Part shown: positions 20,043 through 30,299 of the stretch, in pieces
How the letters are laid out: each line of letters opens with the position of its first letter
Position numbering within the stretch: the stretch's first letter is position 1
Notes under the pieces: generated by a model
Database searches by the model: none
What the model saw: the letters and a program-made list of their open reading frames with translations, nothing else
What the model was told of the DNA's origin: nothing
Made by a program: the position numbers and the translations under genes
Sequence record: LR597660
Length of the DNA stretch: 64,000 nucleotides
Origin: Escherichia phage T4_ev151
Reading direction: 5' to 3' (one strand)

Positions 20043-20050
20043 TATTTATA
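20043..20050 (-). promoter_or_regulatory. late promoter TATAAATA (- strand) upstream of alt
   Basis: TATTTATA on + strand, 23 nt upstream of the alt ATG; SD GAGAGGA. Confidence 0.55.
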
Positions 20051-20055
20051 AAATT

Positions 20056-20073
20056 AAAGGCCCGAAGGCCTTT
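20056..20073 (-). terminator. stem-loop terminator after the ORF at 20072-20260
   Basis: AAAGGCC-CGAA-GGCCTTT overlapping the stop codon, followed on the - strand by a T/A-rich tract. Confidence 0.55.
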
Positions 20074-20260
20074 AATAATCTATTGGTAAGAGAGTACGAT
20101 ATATTTCAAACTTTGGACCTTTTTCATAAGCATCAAAAGTTTCTGTGAATTTATTATAAGCATATGCATCTATAAATTCAATCATGATTTGTGATACAGA
20201 AGTAGAAACATCTCCACCTTCTTTTTGAGCCACGACAATTGTTTCTAAGTAAGCTTTCAT
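20072..20260 (-). CDS. hypothetical protein
   Basis: 62 aa; ATG overlaps the DNA ligase stop (ATGA). Confidence 0.6.
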   Translation of the reverse strand: MKAYLETIVVAQKEGGDVSTSVSQIMIEFIDAYAYNKFTETFDAYEKGPKFEIYRTLLPIDY

Positions 20261-21720
20261 AGACCAGTTACCTCATGAAAATCACCAAATACATCTTCGA
20301 ATGTATTAGCTTTAGTTTTATCTTCACGTAAACGAATCGCAATCGGAAGAAATAATTTAACGTAATCAGTGCGGCCATCAGATTTTAACCAACCGTTGCA
20401 TTCGCACTCTAGAATTTTTCCAATATAATAATTTTGGTTTTCCATAATGCGAGTACGGTCAAGTTCATGTGATTTTACACCGGCTTTATCTTTTAAGCCT
20501 GAACCAGCATTCACCTTAATTTTTCCACACTCTGACTCAAGAATAAATCCACCTGCTTTAGTAGGGTCTTTACGGTGAGGATAAATTCCTACAATTTTTA
20601 AATCAACATCAATTACTTCTTTAAATTTATAGAGATTTTTTGAACGAGCATTTTCCCATAATCCATCGATATTTTTGAGAATAATACCTTCAAGACCTTG
20701 GTCAATATACTTTTTATAAATTACCTTAGCTTCATCTAGGTTATTTACTACTTGGTTTTCAATTAAAATTACTTTATCATAACCTGATGTCATTTGTTCT
20801 AATTTAGAAAAACGGACATCATATTTCAAACGAAATGTAGGAAGACCGTATATTTCTATCAACGGTACATAATCCCAGACCTGAAACTTCATGCATTGTG
20901 CTTCTTTTTCAGAAATTGTTCCCTTTAAAGATTTATTGGCGATGCCATTAGAAGCAGTACGTGATTCAGCTACTTCGGCGAATTCTTTAGCTTTACTATT
21001 TTCAGGATAAGCATCAAAAAGAAAATCTAGGCCTTCTGGCTCCTTTTTAACTTGCTCATGGTATACCAATTCGCCATCAATTAACACACCTTCTGGATGA
21101 ATCTGGCGGGCTTCAGCGGTCATTTTGATTAACTCTTCCTTAAGAAGATCTAATCCTAGGTATTCATTACCAGCTCGTGATAAAAGACGAACATCATCTA
21201 ATTCATCACCTCTGACTTCAGCAAAGCACCGAGCCCCATCAGCTTTTAACTGGGCAAAGGCTGGAAATTTGATATTCTTATTAATGCCTTTTTCATCATA
21301 AGAACTTGCAAGCATTTGAGGTTGTTCAGGAATTAAACCTGGCCAAACTTTGTTTGCAATAGATACTGAAGCACCACATTCAAGGTCTCGCATCATCACT
21401 CGACGCAAAACTTCAACATCATCTTTTTTACCATCGGTGATATATCCAGTTAATTCCTCAATTGCTGCATTTCCAGTCAATTTCCGAGTAGCTAACGTGA
21501 ATTCAATAAAATCAAGCATATCGGTAAGAGTCAACATTCCAAAACTCTGGGTAGCAATACCAGGTTTAGGCCATTTCTTGATATAATACTGTAACCCACG
21601 AGAATAAGTCAGACGATATACTCGTTTAAGCAATTCATTATCTTTATTCTTTTCAAGAATTGCTTGCTTCTGCTTAGTTGAACCAATAGATGCTATTTCG
21701 TTCAGAATTTTAAGAATCAT
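20257..21720 (-). CDS. 30: ATP-dependent DNA ligase
   Basis: 487 aa; sequence matches recalled T4 DNA ligase including the KADG adenylation motif (..FAQLKADGARCF..). Confidence 0.95.
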   Translation of the reverse strand: MILKILNEIASIGSTKQKQAILEKNKDNELLKRVYRLTYSRGLQYYIKKWPKPGIATQSFGMLTLTDMLDFIEFTLATRKLTGNAAIEELTGYITDGKKDDVEVLRRVMMRDLECGASVSIANKVWPGLIPEQPQMLASSYDEKGINKNIKFPAFAQLKADGARCFAEVRGDELDDVRLLSRAGNEYLGLDLLKEELIKMTAEARQIHPEGVLIDGELVYHEQVKKEPEGLDFLFDAYPENSKAKEFAEVAESRTASNGIANKSLKGTISEKEAQCMKFQVWDYVPLIEIYGLPTFRLKYDVRFSKLEQMTSGYDKVILIENQVVNNLDEAKVIYKKYIDQGLEGIILKNIDGLWENARSKNLYKFKEVIDVDLKIVGIYPHRKDPTKAGGFILESECGKIKVNAGSGLKDKAGVKSHELDRTRIMENQNYYIGKILECECNGWLKSDGRTDYVKLFLPIAIRLREDKTKANTFEDVFGDFHEVTGL

Positions 21721-21986
21721 TGTTCATCCTTTAGAGTTTGGTTTACAGCTCTATTATAAATCAATTCATCATTAAGCTCAGTCAAAGACCTGTGGTACGT
21801 TGTTCTAACTTTATTTCCTTGCATCCAGTGCTTGACGTAAATGAAACCTTGCTCTACACATTTTTTAAAAATTCGTTCGTCTTTTTGAGCTCGGAATTCT
21901 GGATTGCATCTAAAAAATTGATTTACGTGACCGTAATCACGTGTAGTATTACCTTCATTTTCATAAATAGTGTGAACAACAAACAT
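21717..21986 (-). CDS. hypothetical protein (T4 30.1 position)
   Basis: 89 aa; ATG verified; overlaps neighbours by 1-4 nt. Confidence 0.65.
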   Translation of the reverse strand: MFVVHTIYENEGNTTRDYGHVNQFFRCNPEFRAQKDERIFKKCVEQGFIYVKHWMQGNKVRTTYHRSLTELNDELIYNRAVNQTLKDEQ

Positions 21987-22822
21987 TAGAATGCTCCTTG
22001 GAAAATATTATCACCACTAGTAGGTCTATTATACAAATACTCTATGCCACCGGGTTTAATATAATTCCATGTCTGAAACGGATGCGTCTGATATGGATGA
22101 TATGGATTATAAGGATTAAATCCAGGAGTTCTCCAGGTAGTGTTCCAAGGAAAAGAATCGTTTTTAATCATCTTCTCGATTGCATCTTTTATAGCTTTTT
22201 CACTATCAAAACTTTCTTTATTTTCCTTCGGTGAAAAAAGCTTATTTTCTACATCATTCCATGTATAAACTCGCTGTGCAGTTTTTGGAATACTGTCACG
22301 CTCCCCTCGAGCCATCCAATAAACAGGAACATTTAATATTTCACTCGCGTGATCGCAGTGGTGAGCGAGATCGTCAATATAACAAATTACGTTATATTTT
22401 TCTTTTGCCTTTTTGAACAGCTCTTCTTTTGAAGAATCATGACCACACATCATTACTTCTGAGAAGGCACCAGGAAAAAGAGCATTCAAATTAAATTGAC
22501 GATTCAGCAGAGCGTCAATAGAATCACCCAATGCTGTAACAGCTACAAAATTATAATCTTCTTTTAATTTGTTAATTACACACAGAGCATCTTTATATGG
22601 AGACAAGTAACGAATAAAATCTGAACGATTGTATTTTTCAATTAACTTGACGCCAAGTTCTTCATCACAATTAAAGAGTTTACCAGGAGAAATAAATTTC
22701 TCATCTTGGATCATTTTTAAAATATGTTCTAACGGAAGATTATATTTCTGAGCAAAATAAGGAAGACCTGATTGCCAGCTTAAACATACTCCATCAATAT
22801 CAGTTAAAATAGTAGGCTTCAT
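21986..22822 (-). CDS. HAD-superfamily-like protein (T4 30.2 position)
   Basis: 278 aa; N-terminal ILTDIDGV (DxDG motif I of HAD phosphatases); C-terminal NPYNPYHPYQTHP repeats. Confidence 0.65.
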   Translation of the reverse strand: MKPTILTDIDGVCLSWQSGLPYFAQKYNLPLEHILKMIQDEKFISPGKLFNCDEELGVKLIEKYNRSDFIRYLSPYKDALCVINKLKEDYNFVAVTALGDSIDALLNRQFNLNALFPGAFSEVMMCGHDSSKEELFKKAKEKYNVICYIDDLAHHCDHASEILNVPVYWMARGERDSIPKTAQRVYTWNDVENKLFSPKENKESFDSEKAIKDAIEKMIKNDSFPWNTTWRTPGFNPYNPYHPYQTHPFQTWNYIKPGGIEYLYNRPTSGDNIFQGAF

Positions 22823-23277
22823 AGAGAGTCTCTTAATAGGTTTAACACATCAATAAATTCAGCTTCGGTTAGTATTGTATCATCTTTTGTTAGACCACTA
22901 GCCATGCTGTGCTTCAAAACTTTTCCTTTCGAGGCTAGTAATGCATCACGAAAGCCCTTGTTTTGGATTGCTGCTTCAAAATATGCATTTGTGTATAATT
23001 CTTTCCACGCTGGGGAGTATCTTGAAAACGGAACTCCAAGCCAGAAGAGGGTCCCACGGTCCTGAGCTCTAGCATAAGACCTTCCAGCTTGTTGGGCGGC
23101 AAGCCCGGATAACCCAAATATACGTCTTTGCTGTTCAACATTTTTCACCTTACATCCTTGGAGGAATCCTTCAAGACCTCCAAATTGAATGCCATCCATA
23201 ACGAAAGGCCATTGGGCAAAATTACTTAATGCACATGATGGCCATTTAAAATTGCTTCTAATCTCTAACTCAGACAT
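22819..23277 (-). CDS. NADAR/YbiA-like domain protein (T4 30.3 position)
   Basis: Track start is TTG; first ATG gives ~152 aa MSELEIRSNFKWPSCALSNFAQWPF...; LSNF motif and size resemble NADAR (DUF1768) proteins; assignment from memory. Confidence 0.55.
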   Translation of the reverse strand: MSELEIRSNFKWPSCALSNFAQWPFVMDGIQFGGLEGFLQGCKVKNVEQQRRIFGLSGLAAQQAGRSYARAQDRGTLFWLGVPFSRYSPAWKELYTNAYFEAAIQNKGFRDALLASKGKVLKHSMASGLTKDDTILTEAEFIDVLNLLRDSL

Positions 23278-23476
23278 TTTCAATACTTATAATTTCAACA
23301 TCAGCCCAATGACCATAGTTTGGTAGACGAAATTCAACTGGCCAGTCACTGCCTTTTTCTAATATAATAGACTTAACTTGTGGTTCTTCGTGTTCATCAG
23401 TATACGGATTTTTATCTGTTACTTTATATGTTACCTTAATGTACTGAATTCCAAAAATCTTATTAATTATATTCAT
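23270..23476 (-). CDS. hypothetical protein
   Basis: 68 aa; ATG verified. Confidence 0.55.
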   Translation of the reverse strand: MNIINKIFGIQYIKVTYKVTDKNPYTDEHEEPQVKSIILEKGSDWPVEFRLPNYGHWADVEIISIENV

Positions 23477-23670
23477 ACTAATTCCTTTAATCCGTAGATA
23501 GGAGATAATTCATCACCCATACGAAGGTCTTCATTCCCATCTACCCAAGAAACAATATAAGCCTCTTTTACTTGAACATCTCCCAATTTAAATGCGGGTA
23601 AAACCTTAGAAATTAATCCAGGTATACCAACTCCCTTTAATTCAACAGTTTGGCCTAAAAAGAATTTCAT
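23473..23670 (-). CDS. hypothetical protein
   Basis: 65 aa; ATG verified; ATGA overlap. Confidence 0.55.
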   Translation of the reverse strand: MKFFLGQTVELKGVGIPGLISKVLPAFKLGDVQVKEAYIVSWVDGNEDLRMGDELSPIYGLKELV

Positions 23671-23957
23671 TAAAACCTCATCTGAAAACCATGCGATTTA
23701 ACATTACCGCCATTAATATCAGAACTATTAATTTCACGTGCAATTGAGGGATCAATGTCAATTTCGCCATTAAGTTTAATGATAGACAAAGTATCACGCC
23801 CATTTACTGTGCGGAACTCTAAAGGGCAGACTGCATTAACATAGTTTTTAATCGATTCACTGGTAGGCTGCAAATGAGCAGGAAGGTCTTTAGGCGCCTT
23901 TGAGAAAACTACTTCACAGAAATTTTTGCGGGTGTCAAAATAAGTAGTCATAAACAT
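23670..23957 (-). CDS. hypothetical protein
   Basis: Track ORF starts at TTG inside a hairpin; ATG at 23957 with GAGGAAAA SD gives ~95 aa. Confidence 0.55.
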   Translation of the reverse strand: MFMTTYFDTRKNFCEVVFSKAPKDLPAHLQPTSESIKNYVNAVCPLEFRTVNGRDTLSIIKLNGEIDIDPSIAREINSSDINGGNVKSHGFQMRF

Positions 23958-23973
23958 AATATTTTCCTCAGTA

Positions 23974-23989
23974 AGGGGCCGAAGCCCCT
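23974..23989. terminator. intergenic stem-loop AGGGGC-CGAA-GCCCCT
   Basis: Perfect hairpin between two - strand ORFs; T-run is on the + strand side. Confidence 0.4.
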
Positions 23990-23997
23990 GTTTTATT

Positions 23998-24363
23998 TTA
24001 AATATCAAATTCGTTAAGAACTACATCAAAGATTGCTTCAAGATGCTCAGGTTTAGCTTTGTTACTCAGAATATGACGAATCCAAGTTTTAACCAGAAGC
24101 TTACGATTGACGCCATTCCAGCAAGGATGAGTCCCTAAATCACGTTGACGAAAATCATCATCCAAAGCGATTTTAAAAGAAGAACCTTCTTTCGTGATTG
24201 AAACCGTGATGCCATTTTCAAATCGCATATAAACGTAATTAGGAGTCATATACTGTTCAATTTCGCATACTGATCCATTTTGATGTTTCCAAAGGCAGAT
24301 AGTATCAATAGAACCTGCAATACCATTAGAAACATATTTACGTTCAAAGTTGATGTAGTTCAT
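23998..24363 (-). CDS. hypothetical protein
   Basis: Track start is TTG; ATG at 24363 preceded by GGAG gives ~121 aa. Confidence 0.6.
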   Translation of the reverse strand: MNYINFERKYVSNGIAGSIDTICLWKHQNGSVCEIEQYMTPNYVYMRFENGITVSITKEGSSFKIALDDDFRQRDLGTHPCWNGVNRKLLVKTWIRHILSNKAKPEHLEAIFDVVLNEFDI

Positions 24364-24388
24364 TTTATTCTCCAAGATGTTTAATTGC

Positions 24389-24428
24389 GGTACAGGTATA
24401 TAATATCATATCCTGTACCAAAGTAAAC
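24389..24428 (-). promoter_or_regulatory. early-type promoter (GTTTAC ... TATTAT) with embedded perfect dyad GGTACAGG-N15-CCTGTACC
   Basis: GTAAAC at ~24423-24428 on + strand; 8-bp inverted repeat arms at 24389-24396 and 24412-24419 span the -10 region. Confidence 0.45.
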
Positions 24429-24430
24429 AA

Positions 24431-24763
24431 TTATTTTACTACTTTCCAATGTTGCATGTCAAGTTTACCAACTTTTTTCATCTTCTCAATTAAGCGTTCT
24501 GCACGTTGGCGAGCTGTAACATAATGCCATTCGCCTAATTCATTTTGTTCAATTTTTCCAACGATTACTGTATTCAATTCATAAATCCAACCAGTAAAGA
24601 AATTATGAACTTGAATTGTAAAGGTGAAATCTGTTCCCATACCTTCTGTTGTTTCTACTTCAATAATATCACCTTCAACTGCCATTAAGAACCACATAGT
24701 TTCATTATATTTACCATTGAAGCATTTAGTTTTAACTGTAGCGTTCAGATTAATCGTTTTCAT
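24431..24763 (-). CDS. hypothetical protein
   Basis: 110 aa; ATG with AGGAGAA SD. Confidence 0.6.
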   Translation of the reverse strand: MKTINLNATVKTKCFNGKYNETMWFLMAVEGDIIEVETTEGMGTDFTFTIQVHNFFTGWIYELNTVIVGKIEQNELGEWHYVTARQRAERLIEKMKKVGKLDMQHWKVVK

Positions 24764-24873
24764 TTTATTCTCCTTTGTTTGTGTAAGATAATACTATCAC
24801 AAAGGAGCTATACTGTAAACAACTTTGTGCAATCTTTGGAAAATAAAAAAGGACTCCCGAAGGAGTCCTCAAC

Positions 24874-25050
24874 TTATGCTTTCTGCTTACCAAAACGAGA
24901 AGCATCATCTCGAAGAACCGCACGTGCTCGGCGCATGATCTTCTCAACAGTTTGATTGATACGAGAGTTCGACCCACGCTTGTAACCAGCGCGTTTAGAA
25001 TCACCAACTTTCTTTTCAACTGCTTTCTTTGCTTTAGCTTGTTTTGCCAT
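24874..25050 (-). CDS. small basic protein (T4 30.9 position)
   Basis: ATG at 25050 gives 58 aa MAKQAKAKKAVEKKVGDSKRAGYKRGSNSRINQTVEKIMRRARAVLRDDASRFGKQKA; the upstream extension in the track lacks an ATG. Confidence 0.5.
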   Translation of the reverse strand: MAKQAKAKKAVEKKVGDSKRAGYKRGSNSRINQTVEKIMRRARAVLRDDASRFGKQKA

Positions 25051-25338
25051 TATAAATTCTCTTTTAAATGAAAATGCAGGACTTATTGGCATTGCCTGCG
25101 CAAGCCCTCAAGGGGAACATAGGTTTTGAATATTTACCGACAGGATAACCATAAACCTCGTCATCATACCACCAAGACTTACACAGATAACACTTTTCTG
25201 ACGCATGATAGTAACATTCAAGAGGTACACCATAAAACTGCCGGGGTCTTAAAACTATAATGATTCGCAAATCATTAATCAGACAGTTCGATGGCTCCTC
25301 GATTTTAGCTCACACTAAGGCAGTGAATCTCCAATAAA

Positions 25339-25587
25339 TTACTTCAGTGTTACCACAAAGTGACGAACTGCTTTTCGTGCAGCAGAAGCCAAAGGCTTAG
25401 CATATTTAAGTTCATCTTTTTCCTGAAGCTCAGCAGCTAATGCAGTTTGAGCAGGATTCAGATGTTTGAAATAACGCAGGATTTCAAGAGCTTCGGCTTC
25501 AACATCAATAGATGCGCCATAGTTTTCGTGACCATTATTCCATGCGTTTCGTTGCAGTTCAAGAGCGTGTTGTAATTGTTTAATCAT
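25339..25587 (-). CDS. rIII: lysis-inhibition accessory protein RIII
   Basis: 82 aa (T4 RIII length); location between the gene 30 block and gene 31. Confidence 0.8.
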   Translation of the reverse strand: MIKQLQHALELQRNAWNNGHENYGASIDVEAEALEILRYFKHLNPAQTALAAELQEKDELKYAKPLASAARKAVRHFVVTLK

Positions 25588-25734
25588 TTAAAAATTCTCG
25601 TTAGAGATTAAAACTCGGTAGTCACGTTCTTCTGAATTTCATCTTCTTTCGACAGATCTCTCAGTTGTAGACTACCACATAGAATTGTTCGGTTAACTTA
25701 TTATTCCGACACCCAATTCATATTATTATTTATA

Positions 25735-26070
25735 TCACTTATAAAGACACGGAATAGCTTTATAGTGACAAGTGACGAATTTTTGTTTAATTTCTTTTGG
25801 CTGCTTAAGACCCAGAGCTACAAAAGGATGTGGAACATTTCGAATTTGACCAACTGGAAGAGAAGTCAAATCACCAACTTCGCAGAAACCTTCAGGAACA
25901 TCAGGACCGACAGAGTGAACTACACATAGTTCAGGAACTTCACCTTGAACACGTTTACCGATAATAAGTCCTGATTCTGTAACTTCTTCATCACCAGCCT
26001 GTGCAGGTTCAGAAACTAAAATAACATATTCACCGACAGCACGAATTGGTAGCTGTTGTACTTCAGACAT
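25735..26070 (-). CDS. 31: GroES-like co-chaperonin gp31
   Basis: 111 aa; [21 protein letters not shown]... matches recalled T4 gp31. Confidence 0.92.
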
Positions 26071-26126
26071 CGTTTTTCCTTTTTGTTAACAGATGAATTA
26101 ATAATAACAAATAATTCTTAAAGCAT

Positions 26127-26435
26127 TTATTTACCAATAATTTGAAGCAAATGCTCAACTTTCATACCATTAACAGAAATCAATTTGTCAATAGAAAAAC
26201 CTCGCCATGCGCCAAGTTCAACATCAAATACTGGAATCATGTCAGTAGATTCTTTCCGAGTAGATTCAGTCAATTTACCAGTTTGCATGGTTGGCATAAA
26301 GTCTGCATCACGAGTACCTTTCATAATACGAATAGTACCATCAGATTTTTCAAAAACTACGTTTGAAACACCCATGGACAGTTTAGTTTTCAAAATTTCG
26401 CGAATTGCTACTTTCTGCTCAGTTGTCAGTTTCAT
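26127..26435 (-). CDS. hypothetical protein (T4 31.1 position)
   Basis: 102 aa; ATG verified. Confidence 0.6.
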   Translation of the reverse strand: MKLTTEQKVAIREILKTKLSMGVSNVVFEKSDGTIRIMKGTRDADFMPTMQTGKLTESTRKESTDMIPVFDVELGAWRGFSIDKLISVNGMKVEHLLQIIGK

Positions 26436-26672
26436 TTATTTACCTATTACAGTTTTAATATGAGTTGTTCCACGTTCTTTAAGGGTGGAAAGTAATTTTT
26501 GGCATTTTTCTAAATCAGATTTCCAACTATATGGTCTATCAATACTAGTCCAATCAGTTTTATAATACTGTTTCCATTTAGAGAAAAAATATTTCTTATA
26601 CTCTACAGCAAACGAGATGTTCTCATTAGAATAAGAACTAATTGCTGTGAGCTTTACCAAACGAAATTTCAT
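26436..26672 (-). CDS. hypothetical protein (T4 31.2 position)
   Basis: 78 aa; start overlaps cd stop (TAATG). Confidence 0.6.
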   Translation of the reverse strand: MKFRLVKLTAISSYSNENISFAVEYKKYFFSKWKQYYKTDWTSIDRPYSWKSDLEKCQKLLSTLKERGTTHIKTVIGK

Positions 26673-27253
26673 TATTCACCACAGAATTCGTTGATATTTT
26701 CCCAGTTTAACTTATTCAAGTTTTTCTTAGGAACATTAAACACTTCAATACCTGCATTTCGCAGAATATCATCCCAGCCAGGTTTATTTTTATCGTATGT
26801 TTCGCAATAAACCAGCTTTTTAATACCAGATTGAGCTATTGCTTTTGCACAATCTGGACAGGGAGAAAGTGTTACATACATAGTAGCACCTTCAATAGAA
26901 GAACCATTTCGTGCAGCAAACAAAATTGCATTTAGTTCAGCATGAATTTCATTTTTAGACGACCATTCAGAGTGAGCGCTACGGTGTTCTTTCGCCAAGA
27001 CAAAACGATCAGTTGAACCAAATGATACACATTCAGGCTTATGACCTTGGATGATAGTGTGTTTAGGCTTATTCAACAACCATCCTTGCTCAGCAGCATA
27101 ATCACAACAGTTCACACCCCCTGCGGGGGAACCATTATACCCAGTAGAAATAATACGTCCATTCTTTTCAATTACTGCTCCTACCTTCCAGGAGCAACAT
27201 TTTGATTCTTGTGATACTAAATATGCAATTTGAAGTACTGTACTCGCTTTCAT
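26672..27253 (-). CDS. cd: dCMP deaminase
   Basis: 193 aa; zinc-binding HAE...PCxxC deaminase motifs (HAELNAILFAAR ... SPCPDCAKAI). Confidence 0.92.
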   Translation of the reverse strand: MKASTVLQIAYLVSQESKCCSWKVGAVIEKNGRIISTGYNGSPAGGVNCCDYAAEQGWLLNKPKHTIIQGHKPECVSFGSTDRFVLAKEHRSAHSEWSSKNEIHAELNAILFAARNGSSIEGATMYVTLSPCPDCAKAIAQSGIKKLVYCETYDKNKPGWDDILRNAGIEVFNVPKKNLNKLNWENINEFCGE

Positions 27254-27588
27254 TTCATAATCACCAGATAAGCAGATTTAGCAGTTTCAACACGATAAAT
27301 TTCGTGACGAAGTTTAGTTATACTTTTAATAACAGAACTAATTATATTCTGCCCATCTTTAAAGCGGTTTTTCTTATCAATAAAAATTGCGCCAACCATC
27401 TTTTTGTGAAGCTCAACTGGATACTTCGTCACAATAATAGCATCATATACAGAAGGATGAATACTATTTACTAGAGTGTCATTCATTAAAGTTATTCTAA
27501 TAAACTGTGCTGTTTCAGAGTCAAGCGCTCTATGATCGCCAGTATCATTTTCAAGACAATTATCAATTATATCAGTTAAATTCATCAT
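27250..27588 (-). CDS. hypothetical protein (cd.1 position)
   Basis: 112 aa; ATG verified; ATGA overlap. Confidence 0.55.
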   Translation of the reverse strand: MMNLTDIIDNCLENDTGDHRALDSETAQFIRITLMNDTLVNSIHPSVYDAIIVTKYPVELHKKMVGAIFIDKKNRFKDGQNIISSVIKSITKLRHEIYRVETAKSAYLVIMK

Positions 27589-27824
27589 AGTACGCCATAC
27601 ACCCTTTGTGCTTCAACTAATCCATCAAAATCCAGTTTAAGATGCGATATTTGATCGCCATCACCTGGATTCACAATTACTAATACTGAACGAGGAGTTT
27701 CGGTAATAACACGAACCGATGTTTCAGGAAATCGTTCAGAAACCTTATTTACCAATTCCTGAGCAAATAGTTTAACTTTTTCTTGGAATTCTTTAACAGT
27801 AATTGGTTTTTCACTTAGCAGCAT
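27585..27824 (-). CDS. hypothetical protein (cd.2 position)
   Basis: 79 aa; ATG verified. Confidence 0.55.
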   Translation of the reverse strand: MLLSEKPITVKEFQEKVKLFAQELVNKVSERFPETSVRVITETPRSVLVIVNPGDGDQISHLKLDFDGLVEAQRVYGVL

Positions 27825-27885
27825 TTTGTTTTCCTCATTTATTTGGTAGAGCTATAATATCACAACTCTACCGTAAAGTAAACCA

Positions 27886-28161
27886 TTAAATCGCTTTGAA
27901 TTCCGCAGTTTGAGATTCAAAGCGAATGTCGCCTTTGATAACTAACTCAGCATCAAGACCGAATACGACAATGATATGCGCGGAACCTGGATACAGCGTA
28001 ATGGCAACAGAATCCACCTGGTCTGGAAGCAAAGTGTTTAATACATGAGTCACTTGAGCATGGATTCGAAGTTCGGCTGCGTTATCAAGTTTTTCAAACA
28101 TATTATTAGCGATAATTTGGCTAAACACTACTTCTACGATTTTAGAATAAGTCGGAAACAT
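27886..28161 (-). CDS. hypothetical protein (cd.3 position)
   Basis: 91 aa; ATG verified. Confidence 0.55.
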   Translation of the reverse strand: MFPTYSKIVEVVFSQIIANNMFEKLDNAAELRIHAQVTHVLNTLLPDQVDSVAITLYPGSAHIIVVFGLDAELVIKGDIRFESQTAEFKAI

Positions 28162-28163
28162 AT

Positions 28164-28364
28164 TTACCTCACATAATTTTCTTCAAGCCAATCGATAACA
28201 TCCAAAGCGTTATCAAAAGTTGAACCATCTACTTTGTCTTCTGTTTCATAATCAAGAACATCTAAACCTACTCTTCCATCAACAATAGGCCATAAACAAA
28301 ATAGATATTTCTTTTCTTTTTCAATTTTATCACAAAGACGATAAATCTTTTCTAGATTATTCAT
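28164..28364 (-). CDS. hypothetical protein (cd.4 position)
   Basis: 66 aa; ATG verified. Confidence 0.55.
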   Translation of the reverse strand: MNNLEKIYRLCDKIEKEKKYLFCLWPIVDGRVGLDVLDYETEDKVDGSTFDNALDVIDWLEENYVR

Positions 28365-28553
28365 AAGTTTTCCATGGTAAAGGCAGTTTAGTTTTCTTTA
28401 CTGTTAGTTCAACATCAGGATTCTTTTCTCTCAATTTAAGACATTCCTCCCAAGCTCTGATTTCACTAGTGAATACACAAAATTGCCCATTACTAGTACC
28501 GACTAAACCACTATTTACAATAATAATAGCCCAAGTTTCATGATGCCACGCCA

Positions 28554-28554
<1 letters not shown>
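28357..28554 (-). CDS. hypothetical protein (cd.5 position)
   Basis: 65 aa; ATG verified; overlaps pseT stop. Confidence 0.55.
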
Positions 28555-29772
<1,218 letters not shown>

Positions 29773-29776
<4 letters not shown>

Positions 29777-30009
29777 TTATTTTTCTCAACTAATGATTGA
29801 ATATAATCATGCAGATCTTTAGATGCCTTACCCCACTTATTTTGATATTCATTTTTAAGATTAGCACGTGATTGAGCTAATAAAACATCATTAGTTGGAG
29901 GTAAAGATTCTAATCGTTGAATCTGTCGTCCATAAATCATTGCAGCCATCTCGGATTCATAAATTAATCCTTTTAAATGTTCAAATTGATACCAAGAAAT
30001 CATTTGCAT
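29773..30009 (-). CDS. hypothetical protein
   Basis: 78 aa; ATG verified. Confidence 0.5.
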
Positions 30010-30299
30010 TTATCCTCTTTTAACTCTTGACGATAATAACATATCATAGTTTTCTGGTCGTGTACATATCGTTTTACATCATTAAGCCAAATACGAAATT
30101 CCTGAGAATCTTCAAATGGCATACCGACCCAAGCTTTACCATCAATAACTTTAACTTGCCAAGATAATTTAGCTTCGTCATATGACTTTATTTGTACAGG
30201 CCAATTAGGATGAACTGTTTCTTTCTTTACTTCTAGAGGCTTTGTCGAACAACCAACTAGAAGACCAATAGATAATATTACTGCTGATAGTTTAATCAT
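30000..30299 (-). CDS. putative o-spanin (outer-membrane lipoprotein)
   Basis: 99 aa; N-terminal signal peptide with lipobox (ILSIGLLVGCSTKP); adjacent to and overlapping the i-spanin-like gene. Confidence 0.6.
   Translation of the reverse strand: MIKLSAVILSIGLLVGCSTKPLEVKKETVHPNWPVQIKSYDEAKLSWQVKVIDGKAWVGMPFEDSQEFRIWLNDVKRYVHDQKTMICYYRQELKEDKCK

Noticed and set aside
24765-25019. 84-aa - strand ORF overlapping the small basic-protein gene
   Set aside because: Alternative frame overlapping the 58-aa basic-protein ORF, which has an ATG start and fits the T4 30.9 position; the overlapping frame lacks start context.
25064-25270. 68-aa Cys-rich ORF between rIII and the small basic-protein gene
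   Set aside because: Initiates at TTG with no SD and has no internal ATG giving a plausible product; treated as non-coding (see the finding on the 25093-25338 gap).
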